64,000 nt of DNA from assembly GCA_037379345.1 (NCBI GenBank), contig CM074514.1:3286001-3350000 (forward strand), in the 5' to 3' direction. Positions within the stretch are counted from its first letter, which is position 1; each line of letters begins with the position of its first letter. Both the position numbers and the translations under genes were made by a program. Of this stretch, positions 12,501 through 24,500 are shown piece after piece. The notes under the pieces were generated by a model. That model saw only the letters and a list, made by a program, of their open reading frames with translations. It was not told the origin of the DNA and searched no databases. Source of the DNA: Perna viridis. Its lineage: Eukaryota.

Positions 12501-15500
12501 GGCTATGAGTATTTCTACAATGTAACAGCCACAATACAGAATAATGTGACTATACCACCAGCTCAGGCCGTTGCACTAGTGGAACAGCTGATATTAATCT
12601 CAGAGTTCTCCATTGTTGCTCCTTTCTCAGGTAATTTTTATAAATGTCCTTGCTGGTAAGACTTATCATGCCAATAGGGTATAGTTATGTATATACATGT
12701 ATTGTTATTTACATTAAAGTCAGTAGGATATATAAAGCTGTATTTTAAGGATTCTGTAGTGGTTATAATGAATGAATGTTGTCCTCAAGTACAAGCAACA
12801 AATCATGGCTGATGTATATTGTTCTGTATTTTTGTTTTATGTATCTGACGAGCACTACAACTTGTCTTTCTGTAAAAATAGGAAAACAGTTACTGCAGGA
12901 AGTTTTGTTAAATTTGTTATTTTAATTGTCTTTTACCATTTTGTTTCAAGTGGCAACAAATGCAAGCTTCATATTTAATCTGACTCTCCACAATGGAACG
13001 AAGCCAGTGTATACATGGGACTTTGGGAATGGTAATGGGAATGTCACTACAGACAAATACCAGGAGTACATATACAATACATCAGGAGTCTATACTGTCA
13101 CTGTAACAGCGGCTAATGCTGTCAATGATTATACAACCAGTGTAAGTCACATGACACATTACTTTTATTATCTAAGATGTCATTTTATGCCCCTGCAATG
13201 TTCAGTTAGGGGGCATATTGTTTTACCCCTGTCCGTCCGTAATTCTGTCGAGCCGTCCTGTTCAGGGTATATAGTTATTCCATTTAACTCCTCATACAGT
13301 ATTTAGGGTACATAATTGATACTTTGCAGAATGATTATATATGGATTGAAGATGTGCATATTGTCAGGGTATTGATATCTATCAATATTTGACAGTTTGA
13401 TGGATAGTCATTTTGTCACCATTTTGAGTGAATAGGATAATGTCTATACCAGATAACAGTTGTTTAGTTGTGAGTTTGTACACATATATCTAAAACTACT
13501 AGAGATACCAAAAAGTAAATGTGACTCTCCTTCTTCAGCTTAAAAAGCTTTACCAAAGTCTTAATTTGATCTTCAATTTACTCCTTATAAGATTTGTTGT
13601 CCTTAAAAACCAATATGATGTTTTTGCTGTTTTCAGTTTAATTCTCAAAAACTGATATAGATAATAAAAAATAATAAATCGCTGAAATGATCTTATTGAC
13701 AAGGTCTATGAAAGTTTCCATTGGGTCTATGCTGTACATCCTTAGTTATGTTTTCTATATTTCAGTATGTAATAATAGTGCAGGATACAGTACAAAACCT
13801 GACTGTTGAGAAGGAACATATACCAACAATCTGGGGGAACTTATCTTCAGTCATCTGGAATATAACTCAAGGTACAGTATATACCAACAATCTGGGGAAA
13901 CTTATCATCAGTCATCTGGAACATAACTCAAGGTAAAGTATATACCCAATGATATGGGGGAACTTGTCTTCAGTCATCTGGAATATAATTCAAGGTAAAG
14001 TATTGACATCTTCTGGTGGTTCCTATATACCCTATTTTGGAATATAACTCCTAACCATGGCACCACAGAACTTAAAAATCTAACCAAATTTTGGACTGTT
14101 TATTGACATGCAGAACTGTGATTGCAGTTATCATGAAACTTAACAATATTCTCATTTTGAAGCAAAAATATAAAGTGTACACACAAGGATTTGCTCCACT
14201 ATCAAACAGGCAGTCCAACTAGTATATAACCATGAAAAGGGTGACCTCAGATTTATTGTTCCTTGCCTTGTCTCAATTTTTATATAAAAAAAATGAAATC
14301 AAACAAATTTCTATTCACTGCTCTGCAATCACTTAACAATTGATGAATCTAATGAGTAAACATAGGTATCATCTTTAAATACTTTTAATTCAGTCAACAC
14401 AAGGATTTGAACGTTCAAACTCCATATTTCTACAACTGCTTGGACTACTACTGTGAAACTACTGTGACCTACATCACTGGACAAACCAGGTAACTGAGGT
14501 TTCCTCAGGACTTATTACGTTATTTATGATAACACTAGAAACACAAATTTTCCAGAACTTTCTAGTGTCACCCTTTTTATGTTTATAAACTACATAATTG
14601 ATAGTGGAAGCAAGTCCCTGTGGCATGCAGTTGTGTCCTGAAAAAAAAACACCCATAGAAATATTGAGTTACAGAAAACTAGAACCACCTAATAAACACA
14701 GTCGCTATTTCAGGCATCAATGCGATGTATTAAGCTGAGATTGTTCACCTCCTCCACTTTCTCACTTATATCTCTGTATGTTTCAGGCACAAATGTGACA
14801 TATATAGCTGAGGTTGGAAATGAACAGTTGTTCACTGTCAGACCACCTCCACTTTCTCACTTAAATATCTTTATGTTTCAGGCACCAATGTGACAAATAA
14901 AATCGAGGTTGGAATTGGACCATTCTTCACTGTCAGACCACCTCCACTTTCTCACTTAAATATCTTTATGTTTCAGGCACCAATATGACATATAAAGCTT
15001 AGGTTGGAAATAGACCATTCTTCACCGTCAGACCACCTCCATTTTCTCACTTAAATATCTTTGTGTTTCAGGCACCAATGTCACATCTAGAGCTGAGGTT
15101 GGAAATGGACCGTTCTTCACTGTCAGACCACCTCCACTTTCTCACTTAAATATCTTTATGTTTCAGGCACCAATGTGACATATAAAGCTGATATGGGAGA
15201 CGGACAGTTCTACATATTTGACTATCCATTCAGTGGTGTTATTAGTATGATCAATAATACTTCAGTGAACAATTCTGTATTGCAACCTACATATAATGGA
15301 TCTGTCAATGGTAATATATAGTCCCAGTTGTTTTCTCTAAAATTAACAATATTTGCTTCCTTCTTGAATTTGAAATAACACAATGGTATAAGATTAGACA
15401 ATGTGCCATAGTTTGACATATTAGAAAGGTATAATTTATTATAGAAAAGATACAAAAAAATGAAAGACAGAGGAATTAGAAATTCTGCTAAGAAAAGAGT

Positions 15501-18500
15501 CTAGTAATGTTTTCTTGCATTTGTTATCAGATTTAATTCAGTATCAAAATAACATTTAAAAAGTAAGGCTTTATTTTGTTTAAAAAATTTAACTGTATAA
15601 AGCATTGTTTGACATTTGGTTGTACACTGTGTTAAGGTTAGTACATGTGTTCTATGCCTATTATAGTTATATATATGATTAAGTTTTCTTTACATACCAC
15701 AACAGTGAAAGAAAGAATGTACATTTGTAAATAAATTGATAGTAATAAAATCCACATCCTTTCTACTGACAAAAATGTGTTAAATGTTGAGGCTCCATTT
15801 ATTGAATTTTTTTGGGAGGCAGAAACTTTTGCTTTAACAATGATTTACTGATTCACTGTTGTTTTTTTTTAGAAATGGAGGGTTACCTTTCCCATTTGTA
15901 CCTGACTTCTGCTTTTTACACCTTTACCTTAATAGCAGAGAACCTAGTTAGTTCTATGAATGTTACATTTATCATCCCAGTACAGGATCTCATCACAGGG
16001 CTAATTGTAGAACCAACATCTCCCATCCCATTCTTCAGCTCAAGACAAGTCAACATGTTCCTCTCTAGTGGGTCACATTTAGAGATTCATGCTGAACTGA
16101 ATGGAACTGTATTGAACCTGACCAGTTTTGATGAACCTGCTGGTAAAGGTTTTGTGATGGTTTTCCCAGATTCATACACCACAGTGGGAAGACATATTTT
16201 AGAGGTAAACATGACCAATTTAGTCAGCCCAATGATGTCTGATTCGATAGAGGTTTGGATAGACTACCTGATAACCAACCTAACTGTTGATATTGATAGA
16301 CCATTTGTACCTGTTGGTGATGCTGTTAACTTTGACATAGGAATGTTTTGGTGTTCAAGATTTACTTCATACATTGATTTCAAGGATTTTTCTCCCATAG
16401 AAAGTAATTACCTGGAGTTAATGTTGGAGCCTGAGACATTGAACTATACACATATCTTCCTGGCCCCTGGAATATATAGTGTAAACTTCACCATAGAAAC
16501 ACCTGTGGATTACCACAACAGTCAGCATGACATTTATGTTCAGTATGGAGTTAAAAATATTGATGTCCAGTGGACCACTGTTGTCAGAATAGAACCAGGT
16601 GCTGCAGGAGGCCCAGCAAAGATCTGGTTGAGATTTATGGGTGGGGTACCAGTACCAACAGCAGCATCCTTCTTTATAAACTTTGATGACAATTCTACTA
16701 CTACTGATGATTTTGTGGAACCAGAAGCAGTGTCTGTACCAACAACAACTGAAAAACCTGATTGTGAGGAAGTTTTTCGCCTTTGCACAACATCAACCAT
16801 AAACCCCAATGATACCATGGAAGCAATAACATTAGCAGTAAATACCACAAAGGAACCAGTGCCTACACCTCCAGATTGCCCAGAACATCTATTAAGTGCC
16901 TGTCTGATTACTTTACCACCAAATGCTACAGAACCAACCCCTGCTGAAGTCACAACAATGGCTGAAGACTTTTTTGCCATTCCAGTTGGCCATGTATATC
17001 TTGAAGAGAACTTCTATAATGTATCCATCAATATATCAAATCTGGTCAGTTCAATGTTTTTTTCAGTATCTATCGATGCAGACAAACCAATCTATGGTTT
17101 AACTCTGACCCCATACCCTATGTATGTCCCTATTGATACATATGCTGCATTAAATGCTACTATGTCATGGGGAAGTCGTGCTACATGTACATGGGATGTT
17201 GGTGATGGTAGTCCATTTGTCAATAAGGACTGTGACCATTATGAAGAAAGGACTTACAAACATTTCTTTCCAGTTGTTGGAGTTTATCATGCTAAGTTAC
17301 ATGCTGAGAACAGTTTGAGTTCTTCTGATGTTTCTTCATCAACTGGTCCTATCTATGTACAGATACCTGTCACTAAGTTCCTCCTTAGATGTCCAACTAA
17401 TGTTAACTACATAGGTCCACCATTTACACCCACATATGAAAAAAATGTAACCTTCCAACTGTTGTGGACTCATCACCAAAACAGATATCCAACAAATGCA
17501 TCCTATAGTATTGATTTTGGTGATGGTACTGTCACCACACCTAAACTCCTTCCTACAACCTTTCAAGATAACAATTATGAGGCTGGCAAACATATGGTGT
17601 TTGATGTCTTCCATACTTATACCAGGGGAGGTAACTACACTGCTAAAATTAACATTTGGAATCTGGTTAGTAATGAGAACTACACAGCAGACCATGATCT
17701 GTATGAAGCCATTACTGGCTTAGGTTTAACAATTCTGGATTACAATCCTGATACTGGAATAGGGAAAACTGGTGGGGGTCCTCTCAGTAATTACTACACA
17801 CAAGAACACCCTGTGCAGGTTATTGCTACATTGGAACGTGGATCCCATGTCACATATGAATGGACATATGGAGACACTAACAATAATCCAGATGAATCTT
17901 ATTACTATGAGAATGAAGCTTTTCATATGTATGATGATGATATATGCTATAATGTTACTATCCGAGTAGAAAACTTTCACAACTCTGCAGAGCTTACAAA
18001 ACTAATATGTATTCAGCGTGGTTGTTTTAACATTTCTATATTTTGTGACCACCCACGTGGCAAGAACTCAACATTTTCCTATCAGATTCACCCAGGCACA
18101 GTGGGATCTGATGCATGTTATCTGATAGACTTGACAGAAATGGCTGACCCCAATCAGTACATTATGTTTGGAAATGCCTTACAGTGTCAAGATATTCCTG
18201 AATGGAACCATATATGGACAGATCCAGACAAGATGTGGTTTGAGAAAGATTCAGATATCTGGTATTCCAACAAAACTGATAATCCATATGACTATAATAT
18301 TACATTACACTCAACATTCATTCTAGAGGGATATTATACTGTGACAATGTACTGCCAGAATAAGGTAGCAAATGAAAATTTTGATTTCCGTGTTGGTGTC
18401 ACTAAAGGACCTTGCTGGTGGCCCTATGTTAATGTATCTGCTCCAAATACTTGTGATGAACCCATGTGTGACAATGATTTAGAAGGACTGAAAACTCATT

Positions 18501-21500
18501 ATAAATCAGAAAAACTAGTTGTCAAATCTGATGTTAATATAAACTGTACAGCTACTAAGGTTGCTTATTTCTGGTGGCAAGTATTTAAGGTTGATGAAGC
18601 AACTGGGAATGAAACTGAGATTATTGACTTAAATGGTGCTGATGTGTTTTCTATAGGAGCAAGACAGTTAATTATAGAGCCAAGAACTCTTGATTATGGT
18701 CTATATAGATTCAGGCTCAATGTCAGTATGAATGAAGTTATAGGAATGTACAGTATAGATAACTGTTTTATCAGAATTATACCAACCCCCATCACAGTCC
18801 AGATCACTGGAGGAGACTTTATGATGAGGAGGTGGGGAGCCATAGATCCCCTCAACATTGATGGACTCACTAATGCCATTGATCCTGATGTTGATGCCAG
18901 TGATAAATCAGGCATGAAATTTATATGGATGTGTCGACGACTTTGTGAGACATGGCCAACATTTGATAATGATTGGTCGATTAAGACTCCATTTCAAACA
19001 AACTGTACATACTCTGCAGGAGATGCTCAGAATGACAGGGGATGTTCTAAAGTTGATGGAATTGACAGTTCAGGTCAGTATATATATTACATATTATATA
19101 TATATATAAGGTCCATATGTTAATGTAAACCTTGGGATTTTTATATCCATCTATTATTTTGTGTAATATATTGAACCGATATGAAATTATAAGGGGTTGA
19201 ATTATGCAAAGAACCTTACAACCATGAATGTTCTCGACCCGTGTTACAAATGTCATAACAAGGCAGTAGTCAACTATTTTTTCTATACTTACTTTTACAA
19301 ATATATTGTAACTACTTGTAAATGATAAAAATAATCTCAGAAGAAGATACATTTGATACAAAAAAATCTTCTTTTTCTAAGGTTTATTGGAATTCAGTGG
19401 TCTGCTTTTGATAAAATATTGTTTATAGGGCACCAATTTTCGTGGTTTTCATTGGTAGGCCAAACCACAAGTTTTTGGTTCCCAGCGAAAAAGGAGATTT
19501 CCATTGATGTGTATACTGAAAGCCTAAAACCACAAATTCAAGAATCCACAAACTTGTGCTTCTTCCCTAATCCATGAAAATTGGTATCCACAAACTAAAG
19601 TACTTTCACAGTACTGTGTATGTGTCTTTTGTGTATCATATAAAACCAAATCATATTGAGTAGATATTGAGGGCTGATATTACTTGGATACTTGATTCTT
19701 GAAATATTTTAACCTTGAAATAACCTGAATTTATCATAACTTAATTTTACAAGTTATATTTCAATACTATATTTTAGGTATATTACCAAATGCATCCAAT
19801 GGTATCCTTGACACCCTGTATTCTGGTGATATGTATGAAAATGACGAGGTTGAAATTAGAGTGTATGTTATAAAGGGAGGCAGAATAGCATCTGATACAC
19901 AGAACATATACATTGTTGAAGGAGACCCTCCAATACTTGGACTTCAGTAAGTAATACTTCACAGGCTTCATTAAGCCAAGTATGTAATGTATTAAGATCT
20001 TGTTAAATAACACTGTAACAATAAAGTTGAATCACTTTACGTATATCCGTTACACTCTTTATTTCGTACATTATAAGCTAGGACATTGTTGCTTCTTGCA
20101 GAGAATTTGACTTTCTTTGTTGATTTAAACCAAAAATCTTTCATAAGACAGTGTTAGCCAATTAATTGCATTATGTGAGTGACGCTGACCTGATCAGCTG
20201 ACTGTTCCTATACTTGGTATAATTGTTGTTTTTGTGCTAACATATATACATATACATGTGGTATTTGTAATATGTGACAGACTGAAGGATTTCTTAATGC
20301 CCTTGGCTATCATTTGGGGTCTCTCATGGATGGTGTCATGCATCGAAGCCTTTACACAGTCCCCGGGCATAGCTATACTTGTGGGTCATGGTATGGTCTG
20401 GGAGATTAGTTGTCATGTGACCATGTTCATTGTTTACATGCATTATCACATGATCCAATGTGTGATCTGAAAATTCTATGTACAGCATTTGCTGAATCTT
20501 TGACCAAGCAAAATATTTTTTGGGATAAAATCAACACTTTCCAGTTCATGCAAGACAGATAAGTAAGTCAACTTATTGGTCTCTAAGGACGAAAAAAAAA
20601 TAATGTTGTGTTTCCGAATTTTATGGAAAATCTTTATTATAAAACAAGTGAATAATTTTTGTGTTGATAGATGTATTACTAACTGTAACAGTAAAGTGAA
20701 TGCAGACAGTAGATACAGCCTGGCTACATACATAGAGGGATGGACCAGAGGTGTTTACTTCTACTATGAGTATGTTAGCTTTCCTTATATCAATATATCA
20801 ATATAACATTTCTATCAGACAAACAACCACAGGCCCTTGGGACCAGAATTTTTTTTTTATTGTATCTAAAAAATATCATTAAATCATTTTGTTTCCATAT
20901 TTGAGTTATTATGCGAGTTCTCTGACATGTCCGCTTGTATTTATTGCTGTTTATCCAATGCCTAGTTAGAGAAGTGTATAGATGAAAACTAGGCATAGTA
21001 TAAACAGCAATAAATAGCAAGCAGACTTGTCAAAGAACAAACATAATAATTCAAATCTGGAATGATTTAATGATATTTATGGTCCCAAGGGCCTGTGCAA
21101 ACAACATTTTCAATGATCTTTTTATACAAAGTCTTTTGTTGACTGTTGATTAAAGATGAGATGCTTTGATTATTTTAAATATTTTTATTACTAGTACATT
21201 TTATGACACATACTTGAAGACTTTACTACGTATATTTTTGCAATTAGATCAGTCAGTTTTTTCCTACAACCTCTTTTTTAAAAAAAAATTTCAGTTGGAT
21301 TTTATATGGGAGATCTTGGTATAATTATAACTATCAAATACCACTTTGGAAGTGGGAGAGCTATGCCAGTACAGGAAGAAACGGACCAACAATGGCTATA
21401 CTACCTAACTGTCCTCTTCTGAATGGGAATTCATCTCGATATTACTACTTTAAAGTGAAGACATGGAGATGGGGAACCAATGAAGCTTCTGCTGGTTAGA

Positions 21501-24500
21501 TGGGACAAAATAACGGATGTTTTGAAGTTGAGACAGAAAATTTCATAGAGTTGGATAGGGCAAAACATGATGTTCTGTCAAGACTTTCAAAACCACTGTT
21601 ATTCTAATTATTTGTGACATCACAGTTAATTTGGTGTACTAGTAATATTAGTAATATTAAAAATTGATGATATTTTTATTATCACAGCAGAATCCTGAAA
21701 TAGAAAATAACAAGCAGTAAGAACAATAAAAAAAATGATAAAGAGTTGGAAAAAAAAATTAGAAATACAAATCACTTTTATCTATTTCATGGATCTAAAA
21801 AGTACAAGTTAATTCCAAGTAAATTCTGTTAAAAGCCTATTGGCTAATGAAAATTAACGGGAATAACAATTAACAGAAACTATCACTTTTAGAGGACTAC
21901 CCAAAGTTTTCTATGTTTAATTATATTTTTAAAAAGTGAGGTAAATTATTTTCTAATGTGTAATGAAATGCCTGTCTGTCAAAGTAAACAGAAACTGTTG
22001 TTGCAAAAAAGAAATTTCTTTTGGATTTCACTGAATTGTTGTTTTACCCATTTAGATCATTTATTAGTAAGTTTTTGCCAAAAAAAATAATGCCTCATTC
22101 CTTTGTGATAAAAGGAATATGCAATTAAATAGTGGAATCCACTTTGTCTCTTAAAAATTTAACCTCAAAAATGGGACACATGATTGGGGGTTTTTGACCA
22201 TGAATACCAATACAGGCCTCTCACTGTCGATATTAGTGGGTTAGTGGAACCAACTGGTGTTGGTGGCGGAGCCCAGCCTTCAGGATACCTGACCAAAGAA
22301 CTCGGTCAGAGTATGTCCTACTAGAGGCTCGGCTGCTGTGTTGATGCTCTGGCCTACTCCCAGACCCCTCGTGGGTCCAAGAGCGTTTCCCTACTCTGTT
22401 TGGGAATACGTCAACGTGTAGAGTGCTAAAAATGGGACATGTCTGAAGTACCAACTATTTATATCGAATACATGGAGTAAATTATGACATATTTAGTTTA
22501 AACATATTTTAGTCAAGTATATAATCACAAGCAAATACAGTATACACATTTACATACAAACTGATGGTAGGATTTGGAAAGAAGCTATTTAGCTTATATG
22601 ACATATTGCAGGTTGGGCCCAGAAGACCTTCTATATAAACGAGAAACCTGAGTCTCACAATGCTTATGTCAACATTAACCCTAGTGTGGGTGTGGCCTAT
22701 GATACTAAATTCTCAGTAAGGACAGGAGGTTTTTATGATTATGAGGATAGATGGAACTTCAAGCTATATAAATTTGGATATAGATCAGATTATGATAGGC
22801 CATATGTCTGGTTTCATGAAGGAAGTAAGTTTATGACATAATTTAATTGTTATGATACTGTTTATTTGTGCCTGAATGAATGTCCATAGAAGCTTATGCT
22901 TCCCTTTTCTGTGTCTTCTGTGTTTTACTTCTGATGTTAACAATTTTTCAAAGCTTTATCAAATTTTGCCAGCACTGTGTAAAGAAACTTAAAACTTATG
23001 ATAGTTTAGCATAATCACCTTGTACAGGCACACATTTGGGGTTATGGATATTTGGATACCGAGGATACAAAATTGTGGCAGTACAGACACAGGAAAGTGA
23101 ACTTTTAGGTCTTGGTTTAAAGAAATGAGATAGATATTTCAAGGAACTCTATGATTATCAATTGTATTTTATATTGTATTTGTGGTGGTGAAACATATCA
23201 ATTGTTCAGGGTGTGGGGTCATTATAAAATTAACATTATAAAATGTTTAATTCTCATTCATTTCCCTGTGATTTGTTTCAATAATAATTCATTAAACTTT
23301 TATTGAGCCCACTTGAACAATCTAAAACAGAAACAAAAAAAAAAATTGGAATTTTAAAGCCATTACTAATTGCTAAAATCCAAATATTGCTTGTGCTGAC
23401 TGGGGGTACAATTCTCAGTGCAGATAGGGGAGAAGGAATATACCTTAATATAGCCTTTTATAAGAAATCCAATATTAAGTAGGCATTTCTGATCAGTTGG
23501 TGGGGTATGCATACATTTTAGAGGGGTCTCTTATTTAACAGAAATGTCATGTAGTACTAGTATTTATTTCCATGAACTGTCTGAACTTTTCATGGTTGGT
23601 TCTATATCTTTGCTTTTGTAAATCAGCAAGTGCCCGTACAGTGTACTAAATTCAGGGCTTATTTCATGTCTTAATTTTGCATTTCAATATATATTTTTTT
23701 GTCATTCATCATTGTAGGTATTTGCTTCAACATTTCAGTCCATACCGCCATGATTTTGTATCCCCAGTATCCATATACCCCCAAATGTGTACATGTACAT
23801 TGTGATAATGAATATAAAAAAAACAACTTTTCTGATCAATCATTTTTTAAATGTTCAAGCTTTCTTTCAGTGTTTTTTTTTCTGTTGTTGATTTTAGTTA
23901 TATTTTACAATATTTATTCAGTAATATGTCATAATAAACTAATGAACAAATAAGATATTGTGGGTGATGCAATATTTTAGTCCATATGTTTTGGTGATTT
24001 CAAAATAAATGTTTATTTTTTTATTTGTTAGGACTTGTTTTTTTATTTATGAGTTAAATGTTTCAATTTTGTTATTATATTGACATGTAAAAGTGTTGAC
24101 CAGATGCATATTTTAGACATATGCTGAGGTCAAAGGATTTACACAACAATGGAAAATCATAATTGAAATCCTCATTTTTTTATAAATAAATTTGATATGT
24201 TTCTTTTACTGAATTTTATTTCATCAGTATTGAGGATTAATTTTTGGAAGGAAAATAGGCAGTACACAGTGATCAATAAAAATAGTCCAATAACTGTGGG
24301 CATGGCCTATGTAAATAGCTAGAGCTGTGTTTTATTGATGGATGGAACATCATTTATAAAGTCAAACATTCAATATGATAAACATATTTTAATGATATGC
24401 ACAGAAAATACATCTGATTATTTTGTTATAAGAGTTTTTTAAAGCACCTTTCCTGAATGTTAATGTGACATATAGATATATATATATTTATATATATCCT

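Noticed and set aside
16540-18915. Several antisense and alternative-frame ORFs
   Set aside because: Shadows of the giant coding exon with no independent protein features.
22345-22412. HDV-like ribozyme fold (gctctgg..acccctcgtgggt..ccaagagc)
   Set aside because: P1.1 GG and the catalytic C-N-R-A junction are not in canonical positions; kept only as an unclassified structured insert.
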